Source: Amoebidium appalachense (lineage: Eukaryota > Protista > Ichthyosporea). From it: a stretch of 64,000 bases of DNA. Below, piece after piece: positions 14,275 through 31,366 of this stretch. The translations under genes and the position numbers were made by a program. The stretch lies in assembly GCA_963693365.1 (NCBI GenBank), contig CAVNZM010000002.1:3054259-3118258 (forward strand), written 5' to 3'. How positions within the stretch are numbered: position 1 is the first letter of the stretch; each line of letters starts with the position of its first letter. A model generated the notes under the pieces. That model made no database searches, was not told the DNA's origin, and worked only from the letters and a program-made list of their open reading frames with translations.

Positions 14275-14849
14275 AGCTGTCCATGCTCATCAACCTCATG
14301 TTTATGCTCTCTCTGTTTAGTATTATCCCTAGCACGCATGTTCTACACAACACACATTTACCTTTTTCTTTTTCTCTTTTTTTTTGTTTCAGGGGAGTGA
14401 GGACCAGTACCTTGGCAGTGACATAGGGAGTGAGATTGAGTCGGACGATGGGGAGGTATTGGAGGACATGGACGATGAAGATCTGGATGACGAGGAGCTG
14501 ATGTTCAGGTGGAGGGGGCGATGGGAGGGGGATGGAGGGGGGAAGGTTGGGGGGGGGGGGGGGGGGGGTACGTATGTAGTTGTGGGTTCAGGCATGTGGG
14601 GGGGGGGGGGGGGGAGGGGGGATGTGTTTGGTTGTGGGGGCGGGAGGGGAAAGGGGAATGTGGTCGGTTGTGTGGGTTGAGAGGGTGGGATGGGGGGAGG
14701 GGGGAGAGAGGGGTACGTATGTGTTTGAGGGTTGAGGTGTGTGTGTGTGTGTGTGTGTGCGTGCATGCGTGGGGAGGAGGGTTGCCTGTGTGGGTGAGTG
14801 AATGTGTATGTAGTTGTTTTTCTTTTGTTTTTGTTTTTTTTTGTTTGTT

Positions 14850-14880
<31 letters not shown>

Positions 14881-16200
14881 GGGGGGGATGTGTGTGTGCT
14901 TTGAGGGGCTGGGGGGCGGCACGTATATGTGTGGGCTGGGGGGGGGGAGGGGGGGGTTTGGAGTGGGTGTGTATGTGGTGAGCAATTATGTTTTCTCTCC
15001 ACCCGTCTACCGTCTACACGATTCATCCTTTTCTCTTTGCCTACAGCAATGTGGTACTCCTCTACAGCCTTTTCCCTGCATTCCTAACATCGACCTTGAA
15101 GTAACCATTGGTGTCCATTCGTGCAGGAAACAACGGGAGCAGGAATTGGAGGATATGTTTGCAGAGCACCAGGCACGCAGGCAGCCGGGGGGAAAGGCTG
15201 CATCTATCCTGGAGTCGAAGAAAGACAAGAAGGAAAAAGCAAAGACGGCCAAAAAAGGTAATGCTTGGACCAATGTTTATCTTGCAGAAAAGGGCAACTT
15301 GGTTGACAAATATGGTAGCATAGGAGCCGTTCTTTCCCTTAAAAAAACTGTCATTACGGGCAAGAAGAAAGTTTTGTGTTGGATCAATGTTCCCTTTGCT
15401 CTGCTTTTCTTTTTTGGTCTTTTTTCGGTTTTTTTTTTTTGTTTTGTTTTTTTGTTTGTTTGTTTATTGGTTGCTGGTCTCTGTCACACCTGTTAGTCCC
15501 ATGTTCCATGCTTATGTATGGTATATTATTGATTGGCAGTATGTATCATGACTGTAATATATCATTATAGTGGCAGCGAGTCAATATTCCGCACGTAAGA
15601 ACGTGTTTCTTTACGTGTCGGTGGCAGTGGGTATCTGCAAATGGGTCTTTTCTTTGTCTCTTACCTTGTGTGAAACGGATGCATGTGACAACTTATTTTG
15701 TGATTCTTTTTAAACCTGCTAACGTTATTGGGTCAATATCAGGCAAGCTTGATGCCTCTGCAGACGGCGACTCCAATCCCCTATTGGTGGACCTGGACAG
15801 CAGGACGGGCTCAAAGGCAGACATGTGGTTCAGCCAGGGTGTGTGTGTGTGTGTGTGTATGTGTGTGCGTGCGTGTGTGTGTGTGTGTGTGTGTGTGCCT
15901 TTGTTATCCCACGACACGATGTCTTTTTGTCCCTGTTTTGAACTGATAGCTCTTATAGCCAATTATCATTGCGGGTCACTCTTGGATGTGTGCCTGCGCC
16001 TATTTATAACACCCTCGTTCTCTTCACAGAATGAGTTCAAAGATATTTTGGGGGATGAGGGGGAGGACGAGTTGGCTGAGCTCGACAGGTTGGGCCTGCC
16101 CGATAACAAACGCCCGGCAGAGGTGGGGAGCACACGTGCACACATGCATGCATTCATACACACACAGACACACACGGCATATGCAAATCTCCGCATGCCG

Positions 16201-16251
<51 letters not shown>

Positions 16252-16432
16252 GTTTCCATCCTTACACGCATGGTCACGCAGGCACAAGCACACAGTGGCC
16301 ACGCGTAAGCATCTGGGCATACACACATACCTTATTCTCGTGCTCGAACATACCCACGTGCATGGACACACAACATAACGTGGAAACATGTGCGCCTCTG
16401 AACATGCATGCGAGATCGTGCATTGGCGACCA

Positions 16433-16498
<66 letters not shown>

Positions 16499-16814
16499 GC
16501 ACGCGCACATCTGAACACACACACCTACGCGCACGCACGGAACGATCACCAGCCCTACAAAGGGTTTGGGCTTTGTCCATAAGCATGTTCCGTTATGGGG
16601 TAGTAAAAGTTCTCTTGAGCGAGTAAGTAGCAAGTGTGTGTGGGGGGGGAGGAGGATGGAGGGGGGTTAGGAAACAGGAAAACAAGTTTGTTTTTGTTTT
16701 TTTTGTTTTTGTTTTTTTTTGTTTTTTTTTGTTTTTGTTTTTTTGGTGTGTGTGTGTGTGTGTGTGTTTTTTTTTGTTTTTTTTTTTGTTTTTTTTTGTT
16801 TTTTTTTTGTGGGG

Positions 16815-16845
<31 letters not shown>

Positions 16846-17498
16846 TGGCTAATGACCGTGTGCATATCAGGAGGATGATGACGATGAGGTGTACGTGCCC
16901 AGCAAGAAGGCGAAGGGCACAAACGGAGTGGCAGTGGCTAAGGCTGCAGCAGCAAAAATGGCTGGAAAGGTGGGTGTGGGCACCGATTTCGGTCTCCCTT
17001 TTTCTTTCTTTCTTTTTTTCTTTTTTCTTCGTGTGTGTGTGTGTGTGTATCTTGGGTGGCTTTTATTTGTTTCCCTTTAAAGAAGGTGAGGGGAGGGGAG
17101 ATGGGGGGGAAGGGGAAGGGTCGCTTTTTGTATGGAAGGACCGGTTTGTGTTTGTTCGTTGCCACCCATTTTTTTTATGTTTTTCTTGTGCTGTTGGCTC
17201 TGGTGAATGATGCATTGGTTGGTTGAGGTGTGTGCGTGCATGTCCGTGTCCGAAGCGGTGGTGGCGGCAGGGGAAAGGGGGGGAGAAGGGTTGGGGGGGT
17301 TGACATGAGGCTACTGCACTTATGTTCAATGGCGACATTGATGGCTATTTTTAGCGCTGATGTCTATATTTGGCACAGGACACTACCGAGGATGATGATG
17401 GCTTCGAGGTTGTGCCTGAAGACAGATACAGTAGTGAGGATGACGATAGTGGCAGTGAGGGGGATGGTGATGACGGGGATGAAGTGGATGGGTGTGTA

Positions 17499-17551
<53 letters not shown>

Positions 17552-18106
17552 AAAAAAAAAAAAAAAAAAAAAAACAGACACACACATACACACCACCCAA
17601 CACCCACCCCTCCTGCCAGAGATGTGTGTGTGTGGGGGGGGCGGAGGGGGGGGGGATGATATGAATATGAAAAGGAGTGCATGTGTAGATCTACGGGACA
17701 CACGCGCGCACACACATACACGCCGTGCACACACACATATGCACACACATCAGTTCACTTGCATACAACATATAGGCACCACACAAGGCGGTACATCTAC
17801 TCAAAGGAGTGCAAGCGCTTGGATGGAAAGAAACGGACAGGATGAGGCTCCCGAGCGACAACATAGAGTGAATGAGTCATGTGTGTGCCCGCAAAAATGC
17901 ACGGACACACACATGCACGTGCACCTAAGCGCACATGCGCACACACGCCACATCTTCTTTGATCTGGTTGGGCCATTTGCACATGTAGCCCGGTTGGTTC
18001 TAACAGTATGACGTCACAGGGAGGACCGGGCAATGCTCGACCCTCAGGGTTTGGCCCTGGGCAATCTACTGCTCAGAAAGAAGGTATTGACACACACACA
18101 CGCACG

Positions 18107-18174
<68 letters not shown>

Positions 18175-18219
18175 GTCTCTCTCTATTCCCCACACACAAG
18201 AACCTGACACCCACACACA

Positions 18220-18275
<56 letters not shown>

Positions 18276-19190
18276 GCCTATTTCTATTCCCCACACACAA
18301 GAACCTGACACCCACCCACACACACACACACACACCCTGGACATTCTTACCGACCAAAAGTCTGACCGAATGGTTTCTTTTTTTTTTTTTTTTTTTTTTT
18401 CCCCTTATGCCCACTTATCCTTCATTGCTCGTTTTTTGGGATTTTTTCATGGTACATAGCCTAGTCATACACACGTCGCTGACGTACACTCCCCCCCCCC
18501 CCTCCCCCCCCCTCCCCCCCCGGACACACACACACACACGTACACACACACACACGTACACACACACACACGTACATACACACAGAGCCGCATGGCACTG
18601 ATCGATGACTCGTACAACCGCAACTCATGGGGGGATGAGGACATACCGACATGGTTCAAAGACCACGAGGACAGGTTCAATCGGGCACCCCCACCAGTCC
18701 CAAAGGACTTGGTCGAATACTACCAGTATGCCCCCCCCCCCCCCCCCCCCTCCCCTCCCCCGTGCCAACACACACACGCAAGCACACACACATACACATG
18801 CACACTTGAGACACGTCTTTCTCTCCCTCTCTCTACCTCTGTCTCTCTACCTCTGTCTCTGTGTGCGAGTTTTTATCATGTACGTCTATCGTGATCTTGT
18901 GTGCCTGTGTATGTCTGGATGTGTTAGCTCAATGGCATCCCTTCCTTGCCCCTCAAATCCCCCCCCCCCCCTTCCCCCCCACAGACACACAGAGAGAGAG
19001 AGAGAGAGACACACACACACATGAACACACACACACACACACACACACACAACGCTTAGGACTAATCCCCTGCATTCTCTCTTCGTTGTGCTTTGACCAG
19101 CTTTGGTTCTACCCCTTGGGTCCTGCTCCCCTTTTTTCCTCACTCATTATTCGTACTCACCACTCACACCAACTTTTTCCTCTTCCCCCC

Positions 19191-19240
<50 letters not shown>

Positions 19241-20983
19241 TTTTTTTTTTCCCTCCTTCTTTTTCTTCTGTTTCTTTTCTTCTTCTTTTCTTCTTCTTTT
19301 TTTTTTTTGGTTTTTCACACCAAACAGGCAGAAGATGAAGGAGCTGAACACACGGCCGATCAAGAAGGTTGCCGAGGCCAAGGCCCGCAAGAAGATGAAG
19401 ATGCTCAAGAAGCTTGAGGCTGTACGTGCCCACATGCACACACACACACCCTCGTACAGGCGTGCACATGCAGAGCATGTAGGGTTTTGTAGGGAAAGGA
19501 GGAGGGCAGGAGGGGGGTAAGGGAGGAAGGTTCTGGTTTAAGGAATTGAGGGGGGGGGGGGGGGGGGAGGAGGTTTATGAGCCTAACGCTACTTTTGTTA
19601 CAGGCCAAGAAGAAGGCTGAACAGATTCTCAACTCGGAGGGAGGGGCTGAGCAGAAGGCCAAGCAGGTGTGTAAACACGCACGTACACACACATACACAC
19701 ACATACACACACGCACACGCACACGCACGCACACGCACACGCACACGCACACGCACACACAGAGAGAGGGACAAACAGACGGAGACACAGGCTCACATAC
19801 ACATACACAACTCCCTCTCTCTCCCTCTCCCCCCCCCCCCCCCCCCCCCCACCACCACCACCACCCACCCACCCACCCTCCTTTCCCCCCAACACACACC
19901 CCTCCCTGAGGATGGGCTCTGCTTATGACGCATACTGCGCGTATGGATGATGTTGCATACTTGAATGTTTGCCTTTGCATGTGTCCTGCACCATGCTTCT
20001 CATCATGTATGCGTACTTCGTACCGTGTTCCGCATTCAACCCCCCCCCCCCCCCCCCCCCCCAAACACACACACAACACACACACTCCCCCCCCCCCCTC
20101 CCTCCCCTTCTCTTCTCCCTCTTTCTTTCTCTCTTGCTCATCCTCCCTCCCTCCTTCTCTCTATGCCCTTCCCCTCAACCCTATCTACCCATGTGTCTTG
20201 CTCTGTGGTCTGTCTGCACCTCGTTTGCCTCCTTGCCTCCTTTACCCTTTAACCTGCTTGTGCTGGATGTGTGTGTGCACGTTTGTGTGAATTTTTTTGT
20301 TTTTTGTTCTTTTGTTCTTTTGTTCTTTGTGTGTGTTTTTAGGTGTGTGTGTGTGTGGGGGGGGGGGGGGGGAGAGAGAGAGAGAGGGTGCAAAACAAGC
20401 CAAAAATACCCAAGATTTTAATAGTGGCTGTGTGGGCTTGTGTTTTTTGTGTCGATGGGTGGGTTGGTGGGCAGGTACGGGGTGGTTGTATGTCGGTTTA
20501 GCGGCCTAGAGTGGGGCAACGGGACAGGGGGAGAGACCAAATTGTGCAAGGGGACAAAGTGTTTCAGTACGGCAGATTTGAACAATACTCTTTCATGTTA
20601 TAAGAAAGCATGTGTTGGTTCATGCGCAAATTTCTTCTGAACACATGTAGCTTAACAAACCTTCAGAACATTCAAACCCCTTAGATGGGAATCATATCGT
20701 ATTTGTATTTGTTCAATTATGATTATGAATTTGTTGGCTTTAATTTGTTTATTTATGCATTAATCCATCCACTTACACATTTTCACTTTCACAGATTGAA
20801 CAACTGTTGAAGAAGTCGAAGAAAAAGACGCCGAGAGAGAAGGTGACGGTGGTGGTTGCAAAGAAGAACTCAGGCAAGAACCGGCCTGCAGGGGTTAAAG
20901 GTAGATACAAGATGGTGGATAAGAGACAGCTTAAGGATAGGAGGAATATGGACAGGAAGGAGAAGAAGAAGGGCAAGAGGTGA
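6093..20983 (+). CDS. SPB1: AdoMet-dependent pre-rRNA 2'-O-methyltransferase Spb1/FTSJ3; 21 exons: 6093-6265, 8055-8132, 8841-8919, 9666-9761, 10422-10526, 11085-11207, 11764-11873, 12368-12516, 13123-13352, 13852-13995, 14393-14508, 15127-15257, 15743-~15840, 16030-16122, 16871-16969, 17379-17491, 18020-18083, 18586-18725, 19328-19421, 19604-19666, 20795-20983
   Basis: Spliced translation shows the FtsJ/Spb1 hallmarks: [165 protein letters not shown]. Confidence 0.96.
7330..7984 (+). mobile_element. Poly(C)-associated retroposon, longest copy (A), in SPB1 intron 1; 5' boundary approximate
   Basis: Shares the structured core (7743-7904) and the 3' end cgcattcaaa+poly(C) with copies at 12.7, 19.9, 38.3, 38.5 and 51.2 kb. 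The upstream part reads, with frameshifts, like a decayed LINE ORF2 C-terminus (YFRLTSGG...PCG...[13 protein letters not shown]). Confidence 0.65.
12711..12855 (+). mobile_element. Poly(C)-associated retroposon, 5'-truncated copy (B), in SPB1 intron 8
   Basis: agacgcaattgatgacttgggccctccctgagatgggctctgcttatgacgcatac...gtgttccgcattcaa, highly similar to 38355-38516. A long C run lies 5' and cccc lies 3'. Confidence 0.8.
19901..20039 (+). mobile_element. Poly(C)-associated retroposon, 5'-truncated copy (C), in SPB1 intron 20
   Basis: cctccctgaggatgggctctgcttatgacgcatac...gtgttccgcattcaa, followed directly by a C run of more than 20 nt. Confidence 0.8.
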
Positions 20984-21852
20984 GAGGCTCGGGCATCCTA
21001 TTTTTATTTGGTTCTTTCACCTTATCGTCGGCTTTGTCACAAAGTTTGCTATCTTTGGAAAGCCTCGTGTTATGCTTTGTTTACTTTTTTTGGTGATCCA
21101 TTATATTAGGTCCTGTCTGCTGTTGTGATAAAAACATTTTGCCTTTTTATTACTGCTGACATGACGCTTTGTCAGTTTCACCGAGTTGGCCTGTGGCCGT
21201 TTGGTTTGTTAGGCGTTCTCATGGTGTATGTCATGGGTTTGTGTGGTGTGTACGTCCATTCCAAATTGATATTTCATATTGTTAGCTCTGTCGGGAGGGG
21301 GAGGGGGGGGGGGGGGAGGGGGGGGGGGGGGGGGGGCAAGGCAGGCACGTGGCTTGCTTGCGAAAGGGTTACAAACCTTTGGCATGGCGGTTACGGGTTT
21401 CTTTTACATGCACATAGGCCCTGCACAATGCATGTGCATGTAATTGTAGTTTGCCCAATCAGACAGCTGCATTATAATCAATCAGTCGAAGGTTTGAACC
21501 TGGCCGTGTGGCATGTACATGTACATAACTTAAAATTTGGCTGTCATATATACCTACTGTTTTATTTTTTTTCTGATAACGGGAATACGTGTCAGTTGAT
21601 GACACACCGTGTGATGGGTGAGGGGGGGAACATTCAAGGTTTGTGGCTATATGCCCAAGGAAGTCGTAATAAATATATATATATATATATATATATACGA
21701 AACATGTGTGTGGGAGGGTTACCCCCTTACCCCCTTATATAAAGCTGCTTTGAAGTAATCTTTGTATTGCATATTCGATCTGGATGTGTGTGCGACACGC
21801 GTGTGGGTGTGGGGTTTTTTTTTTCGGTTTTTTTTTTAAAAAAAAAAAAAAT

Positions 21853-21885
<33 letters not shown>

Positions 21886-23009
21886 GAGAGAGAATTTACG
21901 CGGCCGAACATTTCACATGGCCCCGATCCGGATACGGCCGACAAAAGGATCTGTCGTCCATGATCATGCATGGCCCCCGGTACCGTTATTACGTGTACAA
22001 ATGGGGGGGATCCGGAAAGAAAAGCACCATGGAGGGGGGAGGGGGAGGCCGGGAGGAGGAGGAGGGAGGGGGGGGAAGGAGCGCCGTCACGCATCATGCC
22101 GCACGTACGTGCACGTGCACACACAGACGCACGTGCATGTGTACACACACTGTGCACACACGTGTACACACGGTACATATGGGAAAATTGTCATGTGATC
22201 ACATGTACAGTACTATGCCTCCCGGACCGGCGGTACGTTCGACGCGTCTTTGCATGCGCGCACCGACAGAGAGTGACGGTGTACACTCACGCATCTACAC
22301 AATCACTGTATTAAGTAGTTCAATCCACATACACATGTACACACACACATACACACCGTGGCCCAATACACACACACACACACATACACACACACGTACA
22401 CGTACACACACACACACACACACACACAGCGGGCATTTCTGCTTTTTGTAAATTTTAGTAGCGTGTTTTCATTAGTTGATACCTTTTACGATCAACTATA
22501 TAGTAATGATAACTCATATTAGACCAACCTGAAGTGCTTTATAGCGTATATGTACGTTTTTATGTACTGGATCATTCATATAACTATTATATTCGCAACA
22601 ATCCTATTACACCTTCAGAAGTGAGATTGTGTACAGTAAACACAAAACTAACAGTATAATCTTAAAGGCATTCTATTCGACAATATCACGTTCTGGTTTC
22701 TCCCAGAGCCATCTACTTCTCGCGATATCCCGCCCGAAGAACGAAATTTCCAACATAGTAGAGCCCATGCTAATATCGGTCCATTTATCCATCGATCACC
22801 CCTACCTTGCTTCCCAAGCATCTACCACCACCGCCACCTCCTCCATCTCCTCCCCTTGGAGGATCCTCTTGACCATTTCCACCCAATTTGTGCTAGCACT
22901 CAGTTGGTCTCCTGCCCGCTCTCCCCATCTGCCCTGTTCCCCCCTTCCCACCTTCCCTCCCCGCACCCTCTCTCTCTCGCTCCCCTTCTATTCCAAACCT
23001 ATCTATGTC

Positions 23010-26688
<3,679 letters not shown>

Positions 26689-26738
26689 AAAAATTGGCTG
26701 TTGGTTTGTTTGTTTTGGTGGGGGAGGGGGGTTCCCTC

Positions 26739-26773
<35 letters not shown>

Positions 26774-27646
26774 ACCCTCTCCGAGCGATACACACACATG
26801 CGCGCACATGCGCATTTTGTGTTTTTATTTGCTTTTCCTCCTGGGGTTTGCTGTGTCTGTGTGCATGTTTTTTTTGTTTTTTTTTTGTTTTTTTTTTGCC
26901 TTCGTATTTCGTCTCTTGTTAAGGGATTTGTACATGTGTAAGTAAATGAGTTTCGAATGCTTGGGTATAGATAGGATAGAGTACTCGGTATGCACCAGAA
27001 GATTACAATAATTGGTCGATTTGTGGTGTAATGGGTAATATAGTGGATATACCGATAGATATACTGGTGGTTTATAGGCGAGATGTGCGGTTTGAATGAG
27101 AGCTTAGTACGCACTCTAGTTGATAGTTGGTTGTTCTGTTGTCAGTACGTAGCAAATGTGTGATTAGATAGTAAAACTCCATAGAAAATTAACGAAACAG
27201 GTTGATTGTCTAACTGGGGCCGGTCAAATGTATTCAAGGTTGTTGTCAGAAATAATGGGATATAATAATGGGATATAATATAATATGGATATAACACTGT
27301 TAGTCCAATGTACATATTGACGCATACACTCAAGAGTACTGGTATTCTGATGGTTGCAGCGATTTTTCGGGACACAATGCATATCACGTCCAAAATATAT
27401 CTAACGGACCGGAACCTGAGGATTTCAACATGAAACTTAAAAATAAGAAAAAACCTCTCTTGTTCAACTGAAAGGTAAATGTAGACATGGCTTCACCGTG
27501 ACCTTCCCACGTATACACCGAAATAAAGGCAAGTCACAAAACAAAAAATTGCCAGTCACTTTACCGGATCCCCCTCCTCCCCCCCATCCCCCCCCCCCCC
27601 CCCCTGTATTCCGCTCCGTTCACCCGAGATTAACACCCCCCCCCCC

Positions 27647-27677
<31 letters not shown>

Positions 27678-28715
27678 ACAAGCATACACAACCGCCACCC
27701 TTGGTCACACCCCCTCCCCCCTCCCCTCCGTTCTTCCCCTGGAAACAACGCCGGCACCGTCACCACCACCACCACCACCACCACCACCCGCAGGGCGCCA
27801 AAAAGAAGAGAATAAATAAAAAACCATAATAAATAAAAACAGAGAGAAAAAAGAAAAGGAAAGGAAAGAGACAACTTTGAAAGAAATCATTAAAAGACGA
27901 GGTGAAAAAAAGCGAAAATAAGTAGGAGAAACACCAATACCGTGACCACTATATTACCCCGCCGTGACTCCATATATGTCTGCCCCCCCCCCCCCCCCCC
28001 CCCTCTCCCCCCCCCTCCCCCCAGTCCCCCCCCCCCCCTCAAAACCCCAAGTTAGTGAACCCCAATCCCCACCCTCTCCCGGGTACTCTGATCGCCGACA
28101 TTATCTTGTGGTTCTGCATTGTTATTCTTGCTCTGTCATGCCACCCAGCTCCCCCCCCCCCCTCCCCCCCCCCCCCCCCACCATCACCACCACCACCACC
28201 ACCGCCACCACCACCACCACCACCACCACCACTACCACCTCCACTTCTCACCCACCTATCCACCTCTCGTCACCCTGCACAACACTTTACCATCATTGAC
28301 TTCCTTCTTAACACGGGTGATTTTCTCACTGCCCAACTTTGTTTCCAATACCTGCGCGCTCACGTCACACACGTATTACAACCACCCTTCCAACCTGGTT
28401 AATTAAATCCTTTTCCTCTTCCTTTCTTTCTTTCTCTCTTCCTTTTCTTTTCTTTTTCTTTTTTTTTTTTTTTTTTTTTTTGGAGTTGTCCTAGATACTG
28501 TGTTTGTAAGGTGTGTGGCTTTAGCGGCCGTGGCCGTGTAGTACGTACCGTTAATAAGGGGTGGCTCTCGTCTGTGTTATGATGTACATATATCATGCAT
28601 ATGGGGCACATGTTGTGTTTCCGGATCGGCCGGAGGGAGCGGCCAATAAAGTGCAATGATCCCCTCCTCCTCCCTCCTCCCCCCAAACCCCCGTGGCCCC
28701 ACTTACACAAAAACA

Positions 28716-28779
<64 letters not shown>

Positions 28780-28944
28780 CACACACATACACACACACGC
28801 ACGCACGCACACACACACACACATAAGGAAAGCCTTGGAAAAGTAAGGACAAGAAAAACTTTTTGAAAAGGAAAGAAAGGAAAAGACTGGGAATATTTTC
28901 TTTTATTTTTGGGGGGGTGGGCTGGGTGGGTGGGCTGTCAGCGT

Positions 28945-28977
<33 letters not shown>

Positions 28978-29194
28978 CTCCCAGGAGGTTGAAGCGGGTA
29001 AGGGTAATGTCAAAGGTGTGTGTGGGGGGGGGGGGGGGGGGGGAGGGGAGGGGGGGGGGGGGAAGGGGGGGGGGGAGGGGGGGGGGGGGAGGGGGGAGAT
29101 GAGGGAGGGATATATATATGAGTTGGGGCCGGAGCTCTAAGGGGGTGTTACCTTATAAGACTGGGGCACGGGGGAAGGAGCTGGACGGGCAGAA

Positions 29195-29238
<44 letters not shown>

Positions 29239-29522
29239 TGCTCTACCGGGTGTGATATGTCTTTCTTACAGCATGTACCCATTTTAGGTGTGGGGTTTTT
29301 GGGTAGGCAACCAGGGGGGTCTGTAGGATGTGAAACTTTTTGCGCATGTTGAACGAAGTAACCAGGATTGGTGATGTGTGCGGGCAGGTTACTGGCGGGC
29401 GAGAGGGGAGGGGGGGGGGGAAGGGGGAGAGGGGGGAAGGGAGGGGGGAAGAGGGGAGGGGGGGGGAAGGGGGAGGGGGGGGGGAAGGGAGGGGGGAAGA
29501 GGGGAAGGGGGGGGGGGGGAAG

Positions 29523-29554
<32 letters not shown>

Positions 29555-30106
29555 ACGGACAGCGATGGTGGTTGACCTGAGGGCACGACTTGGCCGGAGG
29601 GCATGGGGGAAAGTGAGGGATGGGGTACCTCCGGGCCTGGGGGGGGAGGGGGGGGGGGGGGGGGATGGGGGAGGGGGGATTTAGGGGGGGGGAGGGGGGG
29701 TGGATTAACCCGCAGGGAGATTGAAGGGGGGAAATAAGAAGGGTAGGGCCCCGGGGGGGGAGGGGGGGGGGGGGGGGGGAGAAGGGGGAAGGGGGAACTC
29801 TGAGGGGGGGGGGGGGGGGGGGGGGAAGGGGTTACTACCGTCAGACCAGGCGTGCTGGGTAGATCTGCTATGGTGCAGGAAGATCACCGACACGAAAGGG
29901 GGCATCTTCTCAGTCTTATTGTAAGTGATCGTAGAGGAAGGGACCAAAAAGACTGCAAGGGAAGAAGTCGGGGGCTGTGAGGGGGGTGAAGTCATACCGT
30001 TGTGTTATTAACGTTTCATTGAACTGCAACTTGATAGTTCAAAGGAGCCTTTTGGTATGTGAGTGATGACATTGGCGTCAAAAGGTATGGGGATTGTGTG
30101 GGCTGT

Positions 30107-30168
<62 letters not shown>

Positions 30169-30384
30169 AGAGCGTGCCGATCCGCGGGTTGGGAGGGGTG
30201 GGGGGGAGGCTTGTGCTGTGTTGTAAAGGTGAGTGTTTGGGGGGAGGGATGGGCTCGGGAGGGGGGGGGGGGGGGGGGGGAGGGAGGGAGGGGGTGTTGC
30301 ATGTCACATATGTAGGCGCAGGTGGAGGGCGGGGCGGTTGGATTAATGGCAGATATCCCCCTCCCCCGTCCCCCCCCCCCCCCA

Positions 30385-30415
<31 letters not shown>

Positions 30416-31366
30416 AAAAAAAAAAGAGGTAGGAATGTTGGTATGCGTGTGTGGTGGTGAATCGGCGAGGGGGGAGCTCCGGCAGGGGGGGGGGGGGGGA
30501 GGGGGGGCAAAGGGGGGTGGTGGAAGTCTTTGGGGGGGGGGGGAGGCGCGGAGGGGGATGGCGCCGTTAGGGGGAGAGGGGATTGGGTGGAGGGGATTGG
30601 ATGTTAGATGTTACAGGGCGTTATGTTCATAAGCAGGCCTACAGTGTGTGTGTGGAAGAATAAAGGAACTAAAGGTCTTTGGGCATAAGAAAACGAGAGG
30701 AGTCGAAGGAATGCAGACGGGTTGGTGCACGTGGATACCCCGGGGGAGGGGGGAGGGTTGGGGGGGGGGGGGGGGGGGGGGATTTATACTCTAGAGCCCC
30801 CACCGGAGAGGTAAAGATTCCTTGGTGTGTAGGTGCACGATTTTCTGTATTATTTCGAGCACCAGGCTCGATCGTAGAAGTCCGATTGCACGATCTGTCT
30901 GGTTAGTCGGGAAATCGGGAATTGTTATTTTTATGTACCAGGGAAGAGCTATAAAATAAGAATTGAAGTGGATGAAAATTGAGAATGTATTAGTGCTACC
31001 GGCATTTAGCTCTTGCCTTCATAAACTTCATTCGGGATTTCCGGCATATTCTGACACATTTGTGTGTCTCAACACCCACACTTAGACATATTGATTACGT
31101 TGTTTTTGGCTTTCTACCTGTGCCATAAAGAAATTTGTTTTTAACTCTGCGACGCGATTGGCTGTCGTGGGACCCATAATAAAAACAAACTAGTTCACTC
31201 TATTTCAACGAAGTAGAGTGAGCTAAGAGAAGACGAGGTAACTATTTGGGTAGACCACTAGACCTAAAACCCGTTAACATTTCTCGAGTTACTTCTTGCT
31301 AATGCAAATAAGTAGCTAATTCGATTAAATTATAAGTGTAACATTAAAATTATAACTATTTGCGAA

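Noticed and set aside
22629-23009. N-terminal extension of the PX gene ORF from an upstream GTG; likewise 32837-33055 and 44172-44222 for the two intronless genes
   Set aside because: The track's upstream starts are non-ATG codons. Downstream ATGs give coherent N-termini (a signal peptide for PL6, the DIOX_N start for the dioxygenase).
27900-30950. Possible exons of an additional gene among G/C tracts (e.g. 29850-29920 ending in gtaagt)
   Set aside because: No phase-consistent exon chain or recognisable protein motif could be built on either strand.
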